The position numbers were made by a program, and so were the translations under genes. The notes under the pieces were generated by a model, which saw only the letters and a program-made list of their open reading frames with translations, did not search any database and was not told the origin of the DNA. A DNA stretch of 14,104 nucleotides from UHGV virus genome UHGV-0325397; one strand, given 5' to 3'. Source of the stretch: a virus. Positions 7,015-13,936 of the stretch are shown in pieces. Position 1 is the stretch's first letter. Every line of letters starts with the position of its first letter.

Positions 7015-7057
7015 GCTCTTTAACAGTCATGGTCCTCATTCCCGCCGAAATGCGGGA
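7015..7057 (+). promoter_or_regulatory. nutR-like site: boxA (GCTCTTTAACA) plus boxB hairpin
   Basis: boxA 7015-7025 starts 8 nt after the cro stop; boxB stem TCCCGC (7040-7045), loop CGAAAT, GCGGGA (7052-7057); identical in sequence to nutL. Confidence 0.55.
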
Positions 7058-7064
7058 ATACAAC

Positions 7065-7099
7065 GCGCATAAGTTGATGCGCATAACTTCTTATTTGTT
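7065..7099 (+). terminator. tR1-like terminator between nutR and cII
   Basis: Hairpin GCGCAT-aagttg-ATGCGC at 7065-7082 followed by the T-rich tract ATAACTTCTTATTTGTT. Confidence 0.4.
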
Positions 7100-7115
7100 A
7101 AGGAAATACTTACAT

Positions 7116-7394
7116 GTGGAACTTACAAGTACTCGCAAGAAAGCGAATGCAATTACAAGCAACATCCTGAATCGAATTGCTGTACGTGGTCAGCGAAAGG
7201 TTGCCGACGCGTTAGGGATTAATGAATCGCAAATTTCGCGATGGAAAGACAGCTTCATCCCCAAAATGGGAATGCTTCTGGCTGTTCTTGAATGGGGTGT
7301 TGAAGACGAGGAGTTGGCGGAACTGGCTAAGAAAGTAGCCAGAATGCTGACAAAAGAAAAAGCCCCGAAGAACGGCGAATTCTTCGAGGCCTGA
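7116..7394 (+). CDS. cII: CII-like transcriptional activator (93 aa from the GTG start)
   Basis: ESQISRWKDSFIPKMGMLLAVLEWGV matches lambda CII (KSQISRWKRDWIPKFSMLLAVLEWGV, from memory); RBS context TAAGGAAATACTTACAT is as in lambda but followed by GTG rather than ATG; the track's 7029 start would read through nutR and tR1. Confidence 0.8.
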   Translation: MELTSTRKKANAITSNILNRIAVRGQRKVADALGINESQISRWKDSFIPKMGMLLAVLEWGVEDEELAELAKKVARMLTKEKAPKNGEFFEA

Positions 7395-7428
7395 TGTAGA
7401 AAGACTGGATCAATCCACAGGAGTAATT

Positions 7429-8073
7429 ATGACATACGAAAATGACAAATTCCAGGTTCTGAAGAGCATGAAGGTGCCAGATGATTTTAAATCAAATGGC
7501 TTTGTTTATGTGCTTTCGAATGAGTGCATGCCAGGAATTTATAAGATTGGGATGACTAAGCATTCACCAGAAGTTAGGGCTAAAGAAATTTCAGCCTCTA
7601 CTGGCGTTCCTAAGCCATTTAAGGTGATAGCAGCCTTTCATTCAAATAATCCCGCATCAGATGAAAAACTCATTCATAAAGCCTTTGCAAAAGAGAGGCT
7701 TAGTGATAATCGAGAGTTTTTCAAGCTTGAAGATAATGAGCTTTCTGAATCTCTAAATGAAATAAGGGCGCTGGTTGGCCCTGAAAGAAATGGCGAGACG
7801 GCAGAATACGCAATTTACGACTCATTCATTTCTTTTCGCCATGAAAATGAGCTTGATCTTAATGAGGAGCTTATAGAGCAAGGTCTGGGTAGTGTAGTTG
7901 GTCATCTTCCTGCGGTGAAAAATTTCCTTATTCGCGCCGGAATTGATTACGCGAAGCAACTGATAAGCAAATATAACTCATCGATAGTTATTAATACAGA
8001 TGGCAGTGTGGTGATGGTTAAGTCTCTTGAAGCCCAATGCTTTGATGCGGAGGTTGGAAATGAGCCTGGCTGA
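7429..8073 (+). CDS. GIY-YIG/T5orf172-like domain protein (214 aa), AT-rich accessory insert between cII and O; family assignment tentative
   Basis: N-terminal GFVYVLSNECMPGIYKIGMTKHSPEVRAKEI fits the T5orf172/GIY-YIG nuclease-like pattern as I remember it; visibly AT-rich versus its flanks; AGGAG 5 nt before the ATG; 3' end overlaps the O start by 14 nt. Confidence 0.5.
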   Translation: MTYENDKFQVLKSMKVPDDFKSNGFVYVLSNECMPGIYKIGMTKHSPEVRAKEISASTGVPKPFKVIAAFHSNNPASDEKLIHKAFAKERLSDNREFFKLEDNELSESLNEIRALVGPERNGETAEYAIYDSFISFRHENELDLNEELIEQGLGSVVGHLPAVKNFLIRAGIDYAKQLISKYNSSIVINTDGSVVMVKSLEAQCFDAEVGNEPG

Positions 8074-8902
8074 AGTATTTTACCTGCCGAAGAGTGAACC
8101 TGTTGAACAGGAGCGAAGAGTGGCTGATATCGATGATGGTTACACCAGATTCGCTAACGAGCTGCTGGAAGCTATCGCAAGTGCCGATTTAACCGCTCGC
8201 CAGTTGAAAGTTATGCTGGCCTACGTCCGGAAAACATATGGGTTCAATAAGAAAACAGATCGAATAGCCGATGAGCAAATTGCTCAGTTAACAGGACTGT
8301 CAAGGCAGAATGTTAACAAGGCTAAAAAAGAACTGATTTCAATGAATTGCCTGTTTATGGATGGAAATCAAATCGGTGTAAACAGGGAGGTATCTGCGTG
8401 GCTATTCAGCAAGTGTCTCCAAGTTAGCAACTTTGTCTCGAAGTTAGAGACAAAAAATGTCTCCAAATTAGAGACACTCAATGTCTCGAAGTTAGAGACA
8501 CACAAAAGACATTCTTTAAAGACAAAAGAAAATATTAATAAACCCCCTATATCCCCCAAAAAAGTTTCTCAGAAGTTCGACCCGCTAGAAACAGAGTTGC
8601 CTGATTGGTTATCAGCAGAAACATGGTTGTCGTGGGTTACCTATCGCAAGGAGATAGGTAAGTCGATCAAGTCTAAGCAAAGTGTCACTCAGGCTATCAA
8701 CGTTCTAAGCAGAAGTCTGGAGAAGGGATATACACCTGAAGAAATTATAAACCAGAGCATAGCCAGTGGTTGGCAGGGGATTTTTGAGCCCAAGACTCCA
8801 AAGGGGAAATCTCAACCGAGGCCGCAGCATCGAGCTATGCAGGAAAACTTTGCCACCAAAGATTACGGACAAACTGAAATGCCTTCATGGGCGCAGGAGT
8901 GA
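8060..8902 (+). CDS. O: Replication initiator O (origin-binding protein) containing the origin iterons
   Basis: From ATG 8060 (GGAGG upstream): ERRVADIDDGYTRF...LLEA...ADLTARQLKV...RKTYGFNK..DRI matches the lambda O N-terminal domain (from memory); the iterons translate as repeated VSKLET. Confidence 0.8.
   Translation: MSLAEVFYLPKSEPVEQERRVADIDDGYTRFANELLEAIASADLTARQLKVMLAYVRKTYGFNKKTDRIADEQIAQLTGLSRQNVNKAKKELISMNCLFMDGNQIGVNREVSAWLFSKCLQVSNFVSKLETKNVSKLETLNVSKLETHKRHSLKTKENINKPPISPKKVSQKFDPLETELPDWLSAETWLSWVTYRKEIGKSIKSKQSVTQAINVLSRSLEKGYTPEEIINQSIASGWQGIFEPKTPKGKSQPRPQHRAMQENFATKDYGQTEMPSWAQE
8414..8500. repeat. Origin iterons: four about 19 bp inverted-repeat units (TGTCTC-N7-GAGACA) inside the O gene, followed by an AT-rich stretch
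   Basis: Units at 8414-8432 (imperfect), 8434-8452, 8458-8476, 8482-8500, spaced 20-24 bp; AT-rich region 8501-8545 follows. Confidence 0.6.
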
Positions 8903-8904
8903 AC

Positions 8905-9750
8905 ATGACGCTGGATGAAAAGATCTCCCAACTGGAGAAAAAACTTGCAGAATTGAGTTCTCCGCCAATTGCTATCGAGCATACAGCTGTAGAAATTGGC
9001 ACTGGCATCTGTGAAAAACATGGTGAGTTTGAGCAGCGTAACCGTTACTCGACTGGGCCAATTAAGTTTGCCTCAAGACCTAGCGAATGCCCGGAATGCA
9101 TGAGAGATGAGCTTATTCGGCTACAGGCAGAGAAGATTAAAATCGACGAGGAATCACGTAAGCGCAATGTCGAGTTTCTGTTGAATAATCTTGATATTCC
9201 TGAACGATTCAAGGGTTGCACACTACAGAACTACGAGCCAATCAACGACGATGCAAAGAGAGTGCTCAGGGTGTGTCAGGCATACGCCAGCAAATGGCCT
9301 GAGAGGTTACAGAAAGGCGGTGGGCTGGTTATGTGTGGAAAGCCTGGTACTGGAAAGAATCATCTTGCACTGGCTATCGCCCGGCACGCAATTACGGAAC
9401 ATCAAAGCTCAGCTATTTTCACAACGGCGCTGAAAATTGCCAGAGAATATAAATCAACATGGTCGAAAAACTCCACCCGCACAGAGGATGAAGTGATCCG
9501 ACAGTTCACTAAACCTGACCTGCTAATTATCGATGAGGTTGGTGTGCAGTTTGGAAGCGAGGCGGAAAAGATGATCATGTTCGAAATCATCAACACCCGC
9601 TACGAGCGCATGAAGCCAACAATCCTGATTAGCAACCAGAGCAAAGATGAACTGTCTGCATTCATTGGTGAGCGTGTTATTGACAGGATGAATGATGGCG
9701 GTGGATGCACCCTTGCGTTTACATGGGATAGTTACAGGAGCAGATCGTGA
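8905..9750 (+). CDS. DnaC-like helicase loader (AAA+ ATPase, IstB-like) replication protein
   Basis: Walker A GKPGTGKNHLALAI and Walker B LLIIDEVG; ATG at 8905 preceded by AGGAG; follows O, in the position lambda uses for P. Confidence 0.8.
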   Translation: MTLDEKISQLEKKLAELSSPPIAIEHTAVEIGTGICEKHGEFEQRNRYSTGPIKFASRPSECPECMRDELIRLQAEKIKIDEESRKRNVEFLLNNLDIPERFKGCTLQNYEPINDDAKRVLRVCQAYASKWPERLQKGGGLVMCGKPGTGKNHLALAIARHAITEHQSSAIFTTALKIAREYKSTWSKNSTRTEDEVIRQFTKPDLLIIDEVGVQFGSEAEKMIMFEIINTRYERMKPTILISNQSKDELSAFIGERVIDRMNDGGGCTLAFTWDSYRSRS

Positions 9751-10037
9751 CTGGAAAAGAAATCATCCTGGAATATCTGAAAACTCATGAACAATTCTCC
9801 CCACATGAATTAGCACTGATCACCGGAATACCAAATAACAGAATCGCTCAAGCAGCAAGGCATATGGTGAAACAAGGACATTTGAGTGTTGTTGAGCGTA
9901 AGTGGAAGACGGTTATTTATGCAAAACGCAAAGTGAAGAAGGAGCCAATTAAAAGAAATCCAGATGGTACGGGGTGGGGATGTGCAAATCCAATGACGGC
10001 GTTTATTAATAGGGCGCTTATGGAGGTAAGGCAATGA
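9747..10037 (+). CDS. ren: Ren-like protein
   Basis: MTGKEIILEYLKTHEQF resembles the lambda Ren N-terminus (MTGKEAIIHYLGTHNSF, from memory); GTG start overlaps the loader stop (GTGA) with AGGAG upstream. Confidence 0.55.
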   Translation: MTGKEIILEYLKTHEQFSPHELALITGIPNNRIAQAARHMVKQGHLSVVERKWKTVIYAKRKVKKEPIKRNPDGTGWGCANPMTAFINRALMEVRQ

Positions 10038-10063
10038 CCATCTACATCACTGAGCTAATAACA

Positions 10064-10093
10064 GGGGCTATTTATACAGTAGCCCTTTTTTAT
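10064..10093 (+). terminator. tR2-like intrinsic terminator after ren
   Basis: Hairpin GGGCTA-tttatacag-TAGCCC at 10065-10085 followed by TTTTTTATT; same position as lambda tR2. Confidence 0.45.
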
Positions 10094-10118
10094 TGGATTA
10101 AGAACGAGGGGGATCCTG

Positions 10119-10331
10119 ATGGACACCGTTAACGGAATGTGTTCAGACGCACCGCGTGCCAAAAAATGTAAATGCGGAAAATCACCGACAATATTCGACA
10201 TGGAGAACGGGTGCCAAATCTACTGCGCTAACCACGCCGCTGTGGCGGCCGCGAATTATCGCAGTGCGGTAACGGAGTGGAATAACCTGAAATCTGTTAG
10301 AGAGGGAAGTCATGAAAAAACTAACCTTTGA
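10119..10331 (+). CDS. Hypothetical small Cys-rich protein (70 aa), possible zinc ribbon
   Basis: CKCGKSPTIFDMENGCQIYCANH (four Cys in two pairs); ATG preceded by GAGGGGG; 3' end overlaps the ninB start by 20 nt. Confidence 0.35.
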   Translation: MDTVNGMCSDAPRAKKCKCGKSPTIFDMENGCQIYCANHAAVAAANYRSAVTEWNNLKSVREGSHEKTNL

Positions 10332-10752
10332 AATTCGATCCCCAGCACATCAGCAAAACGCTATTCACGCGGTACAGCAAATCCTTCCAGACCCAACCAA
10401 ACCAATCGTAGTAACCATTCAGGAACGCAACCGCAGCTTAGACCAGAATCGAAAGCTTTGGGCTTGCCTGGGTGACGTCTCTCGTCAGGTTGAATGGCAT
10501 GGGCGCTGGCTGGATGCAGAAAGCTGGAAGTGTGTGTTTACCGCAGCATTAAAGCAGCAGGACGTTGTTCCTAACCTTGCCGGGAATGGCTTTGTGGTAA
10601 TAGGCCAGTCAACCAGCAGGATGCGTGTAAGCGAATTTGCGGAGCTATTAGAGCTTATACAGGCATTCGGTACAGAGCGTGGCGTTAAGTGGTCAGACGA
10701 AGCGCGACTGGCTCTCGAATGGAAAGCGCGATGGGGAGATCGGGCGGCATGA
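10312..10752 (+). CDS. ninB: NinB (Orf-family recombination protein)
   Basis: 146 aa; [31 protein letters not shown]... matches lambda NinB almost residue for residue from memory. Confidence 0.85.
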   Translation: MKKLTFEIRSPAHQQNAIHAVQQILPDPTKPIVVTIQERNRSLDQNRKLWACLGDVSRQVEWHGRWLDAESWKCVFTAALKQQDVVPNLAGNGFVVIGQSTSRMRVSEFAELLELIQAFGTERGVKWSDEARLALEWKARWGDRAA

Positions 10753-10931
10753 GACGACAGCGACGAAGTATCACCGACATAATCTGCGAAAACTGCAAAT
10801 ACCTTCCAACGAAGCGCTCCAGAAATAAACGCATGCCAATCCCAAAAGAATCTGACGTAAAAACCTTCAACTACACGGCTCACCTGTGGGATATCCGGTG
10901 GCTTAGAGAACGTGCGAGGAAAACAAGGTGA
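10749..10931 (+). CDS. ninD: NinD-like zinc-finger protein (60 aa from the internal ATG)
   Basis: [23 protein letters not shown]...[10 protein letters not shown] matches lambda NinD from memory; ATG at 10749 overlaps the ninB stop (ATGA). Confidence 0.6.
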   Translation: MRRQRRSITDIICENCKYLPTKRSRNKRMPIPKESDVKTFNYTAHLWDIRWLRERARKTR

Positions 10932-11098
10932 TTGACCCAAATCGAAGTTACGAACAAGAAAGCGTCGAGCGGGCTTTAACGTGCGCTAACTGCGGTCAGA
11001 AGCTGTATGTGCTGGAAGTTCACGTGTGCTCCGATTGCTGCGCAGAACTGATGAGCGATCCGAATAGCTCGATGCACGAGGAAGAAGACGATGAATGA
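10928..11098 (+). CDS. ninF: NinF-like protein (56 aa); ORF not in the supplied track
   Basis: GTG at 10928 overlaps the ninD stop (GTGA); translation (V)[55 protein letters not shown] matches lambda NinF from memory. Confidence 0.55.
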   Translation: MIDPNRSYEQESVERALTCANCGQKLYVLEVHVCSDCCAELMSDPNSSMHEEEDDE

Positions 11099-11816
11099 GT
11101 TAATAAATGGCAATGCCATCAAAATGACAAGCATTGAAATCGCTGAGTTGGTAGAAAGCCGCCATAGCAATGTAAAAGTATCCATAGATAGATTGGTGAA
11201 ACGTGGCGTTATCAAGCCTCCTGCATTGCAGCACACTAACATAATCAATGATTTAGGTGTTATTACCGGGAAGCGTTATTTCTACGTCTTCGAAGGCGAA
11301 CAAGGAAAGCGAGACAGTATTGTCGTTGTTGCCCAGTTGTCGCCAGAGTTCACCGCTCGTCTTGTTGACCGTTGGCGAGAGCTTGAAGAAACTGCGGTTA
11401 ATATCCCAAAAACGTTACCGGAAGCGTTGCGCCTTGCTGCTGATCTTGCTGAGCAGAAAATGCAACTGGAAAACCAGCTCGCAATTGCCGCACCTAAAGT
11501 TGAGTTTGCCGATCGCGTTGGCGAGGCCAGCGGAATTTTGATTGGAAACTTTGCAAAGGTTGTTGGTATTGGTCCAAACAAACTGTTTGCGTGGATGCGC
11601 GATCACAAAATCCTTATTGCTTCAGGTTCCCGGCGCAATGTGCCAATGCAGGAATATATGGATCGCGGCTATTTCACAGTGAAAGAAACAGCGGTCAACA
11701 CAAATCACGGAATACAGATATCGTTCACCACAAAAATCACCGGGCGTGGTCAACAGTGGCTGACCAGAAAGCTGCTCGATAACGGAATGCTGAAAGTAAC
11801 AGGGGAGGCTGCTTAA
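11091..11816 (+). CDS. Rha/KilAC-type phage regulatory (antirepressor-like) protein
   Basis: 241 aa; N-terminal MTSIEIAELVESRHSNVKVSIDRL fits a Rha/phage regulatory DNA-binding pattern; located in the nin region where some lambdoid phages carry roi/ant-like genes; assignment is from motif pattern only. Confidence 0.5.
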   Translation: MNELINGNAIKMTSIEIAELVESRHSNVKVSIDRLVKRGVIKPPALQHTNIINDLGVITGKRYFYVFEGEQGKRDSIVVVAQLSPEFTARLVDRWRELEETAVNIPKTLPEALRLAADLAEQKMQLENQLAIAAPKVEFADRVGEASGILIGNFAKVVGIGPNKLFAWMRDHKILIASGSRRNVPMQEYMDRGYFTVKETAVNTNHGIQISFTTKITGRGQQWLTRKLLDNGMLKVTGEAA

Positions 11817-12106
11817 TGGCTAACCTACGCAAAGAAGCGCGCAACAGAGAATGCCAGGTACGTATTTACGGCGTATGCAATGGTAATCCTGAAACTACAG
11901 TTCTGGCACATTACCGGATGGCTGGAATTTGCGGAACGGGAATGAAGCCTGACGACCTGATCGGCGCATGGGCTTGTAGTGCGTGTCACGATGAAATCGA
12001 CCGACGCACCCATAACCTCGACAACAAAGACGCCAGACTTTACCACCTCGAAGGTGTGATCAGGACGCAGGCGATACTGCTGAAGGAGGGAAAGATTAAG
12101 CCATGA
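11816..12106 (+). CDS. YbcO-like (DUF1364) Cys-rich putative nuclease
   Basis: MANLRKEARNRECQVRIYGVCNGNPETTVLAH...CSACHDEIDRRTH resembles E. coli DLP12 YbcO as I remember it; start overlaps the previous stop (TAATG). Confidence 0.6.
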   Translation: MANLRKEARNRECQVRIYGVCNGNPETTVLAHYRMAGICGTGMKPDDLIGAWACSACHDEIDRRTHNLDNKDARLYHLEGVIRTQAILLKEGKIKP

Positions 12107-12627
12107 ACGGTAAAAGATATCCAACACAAAAAGAAATCAATGAATTGTATGAATATAATAGCGAAACAGGTTTGTTTATATACAAGAGAAGAGAAAGTGT
12201 AAGAGAGTGCTGGAATTCAACATATGCCGGTAAGATTGCTGGTTCTATAGATGAAAAAGGATACGTTCGTATATCTGTAAATAAAAAAGTTTGTCGAGCT
12301 CATAGAATCGCATGGATATCCTTTTATGGAAGTGAACCTGATGGGGAAATTGACCACATAAATGGAATTAAAAGCGATAACAGAATATGCAATTTGCGCG
12401 TTGTAGATGATAAACAGAACTCAAGGAACAGAAAAAAGCCTATTAATAATCGCTCTGGAGTAATTGGTGTTGCCTACTATAAGAAGAATAAAAAGTGGGG
12501 CGCATATATAAACAGTGATAATAAAAAGATATTTCTTGGATTATACGATGACATATCTCTAGCCGTTAATGCCAGAAAATTGGCGGAATCACGATTGGGC
12601 TATCACCATAATCATGGGAGAGGATAA
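12103..12627 (+). CDS. HNH endonuclease (free-standing, homing-type), AT-rich insert
   Basis: HNH-type motif CRAHRIAW...GEIDHINGIKSDNRICNLRVV; strongly AT-rich relative to neighbours; sits between ybcO-like and rusA; ATGA start overlap. Confidence 0.8.
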   Translation: MNGKRYPTQKEINELYEYNSETGLFIYKRRESVRECWNSTYAGKIAGSIDEKGYVRISVNKKVCRAHRIAWISFYGSEPDGEIDHINGIKSDNRICNLRVVDDKQNSRNRKKPINNRSGVIGVAYYKKNKKWGAYINSDNKKIFLGLYDDISLAVNARKLAESRLGYHHNHGRG

Positions 12628-12990
12628 ATGGCAGAATACAGATTCACACTTCCGTACCCACCGTCGCTGAACACCTACTGGCGAAGACGGGGAAGCCAAT
12701 ACTACATCAGCGATAAAGGCCAGAAATACCGAAAAGACGTTCAGCAAATCATCCGCCAACTTAAGTTAGACATTTTCACCAAATCACGACTCCGCATCAA
12801 AGTCATCGCAGACGTTCCAGACTCCCGCCGCCGCGACCTCGATAACATCCTGAAAGGTTTACTCGACTCCCTTATCCACGCCGGATTTGCGGAAGACGAC
12901 GAGCAATTCGATGACATTCGCGTAATTCGTGGCGTGAAAGTACCAGGCGGAAGGCTTGGAATAAAAATCACCGAACTGGAGAACGTATGA
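12628..12990 (+). CDS. rusA: RusA Holliday-junction resolvase
   Basis: 120 aa; TLPYPPSLNTYWR...DSRRRDLDNILKGLLDSLIHAGF...GGRLGIKITELE matches the RusA family with its catalytic Asp cluster. Confidence 0.85.
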   Translation: MAEYRFTLPYPPSLNTYWRRRGSQYYISDKGQKYRKDVQQIIRQLKLDIFTKSRLRIKVIADVPDSRRRDLDNILKGLLDSLIHAGFAEDDEQFDDIRVIRGVKVPGGRLGIKITELENV

Positions 12991-13175
12991 ACGCCACAAT
13001 TCAAACGATACCAGAGCTTCTTATCCAGACACGAGGCAATCAGACCGAAGTGGCGAGGATGCTTTCCTGTGCAAGAGGAACAGTGCTCAAGTACAACCGA
13101 GACAGCAAAGGCGAGCGTCACGTAATAGTTAACGGCGTCCTGATGGTCAAACAGGGCAAGAGGGGAAGACGATGA
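12987..13175 (+). CDS. ninH: NinH-like protein
   Basis: TIPELLIQTRGNQTEVARMLSCARGTVLKY...HVIVNGVLMV matches lambda NinH (TIPDMLVEAYGNQTEVARRLKCSRGTVRKY, from memory); ATGA overlap with rusA. Confidence 0.7.
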   Translation: MNATIQTIPELLIQTRGNQTEVARMLSCARGTVLKYNRDSKGERHVIVNGVLMVKQGKRGRR

Positions 13176-13795
13176 GACTCGAAAGCGTAGCTAAATTTCA
13201 TTCGCCAAAAAGCCCGATGATGAGCGACTCACCACGGGCCACGGCTTCTGACTCTCTTTCCGGTACTGATGTGATGGCTGCTATGGGGATGGCGCAATCA
13301 CAAGCCGGATTTGGAATGGCTGCATTCTGCGGTAAGCATGAACTCAGCCAGAACGACAAACAAAAGGCTATCAACTATCTGATGCAATATGCACACAAGG
13401 TATCGGGGAAATACCGTGGCGTTGCAAAACTTGAAGGAAATACTAAGGCAAAGGTACTGCAAGTGCTCGCAACATTCGCTTATGCGGATTATTGCCGTAG
13501 TGCCGCGACGCCGGGCGCAAGATGCAGAGATTGCCACGGTACAGGCCGTGCGGTTGATATAGCCAAAACGGAGCAGTGGGGGAGAGTTGTTGAGAAAGAG
13601 TGCGGAAGATGCAAAGGTGTCGGCTATTCAAGAATGCCAGCAAGCGCCGCATATCGCGCTGTAACGATGCTAATCCCAAACCTTACTCAACCCACCTGGT
13701 CACGCACTGTTAAGCCGCTGTATGACGCTCTGGTGGTGCAATGCCACAAGGAAGAGTCAATCGCAGACAACATTTTGAATGCGGTCACACGTTAA
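13172..13795 (+). CDS. Q: Late-gene antiterminator Q (lambda type)
   Basis: 207 aa; MRLESVAKFHSPKSPMMSDSPRATASDS...CRDCHGTGRAVD...CGRCKGVGYS matches lambda Q almost throughout from memory; ATGA overlap with ninH. Confidence 0.9.
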   Translation: MRLESVAKFHSPKSPMMSDSPRATASDSLSGTDVMAAMGMAQSQAGFGMAAFCGKHELSQNDKQKAINYLMQYAHKVSGKYRGVAKLEGNTKAKVLQVLATFAYADYCRSAATPGARCRDCHGTGRAVDIAKTEQWGRVVEKECGRCKGVGYSRMPASAAYRAVTMLIPNLTQPTWSRTVKPLYDALVVQCHKEESIADNILNAVTR

Positions 13796-13837
13796 CAGCA
13801 TGATTGCCACGGATGGCAACATATTAACGGCATGATA

Positions 13838-13866
13838 TTGACTTTTTGAATAAAGTTGGGTAAATT
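13838..13866 (+). promoter_or_regulatory. pR' late promoter with presumed qut site
   Basis: -35 TTGACT 13838-13843, 17 bp spacer, -10 TAAATT 13861-13866; closely resembles lambda pR' as I remember it; immediately downstream of Q. Confidence 0.5.
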
Positions 13867-13902
13867 TGACATCAACGATGGATAAATGCACTCGTTAAAT
13901 AA

Positions 13903-13936
13903 AGCCCTGAGTTAATAGCTCGGGGCTTTTTGCGTT
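13903..13936 (+). terminator. tR'-like intrinsic terminator, giving a short 6S-like leader RNA from pR'
   Basis: Hairpin AGCCCTGAG-ttaatag-CTCGGGGCT (one G-U pair) followed by TTTTTGCGTTTT, about 35-65 nt after the predicted start site. Confidence 0.5.

Noticed and set aside
7029-7115. ATG at 7029 as the cII start (121 aa version in the track)
   Set aside because: That extension would translate through the nutR boxA/boxB and tR1 hairpin; the lambda-like RBS context and alignment with CII point to the GTG at 7116.
8414-8500. Short regularly spaced repeats that could be mistaken for a CRISPR array
   Set aside because: Only four units; each is an internal palindrome; they lie in-frame inside the O coding sequence and are followed by an AT-rich stretch. 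This is a classic lambdoid origin iteron set, not repeat-spacer architecture.
8027-8904. Upstream track starts for O (8027) and the DnaC-like loader (8887)
   Set aside because: Internal ATGs at 8060 and 8905 have canonical GGAGG/AGGAG spacing and give N-termini consistent with the families; the longer versions overlap upstream genes.
10689-10748. N-terminal extension of NinD from 10689
   Set aside because: The extension overlaps ninB in another frame; lambda-like NinD begins at [10 protein letters not shown], whose ATG overlaps the ninB stop.
2197-13679. Remaining antisense or embedded track ORFs not listed above (e.g. 2197-2388, 2687-2893, 3167-3585, 4216-4413, 6884-7084, 8368-8559, 9191-9596, 9810-10034, 10485-10940, 10976-11248, 11257-11606, 11591-11782, 11825-12127, 12741-13121, 13298-13679)
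   Set aside because: Each lies inside or opposite a better-supported gene with a family assignment or operon context; none has its own RBS or a recognisable motif.
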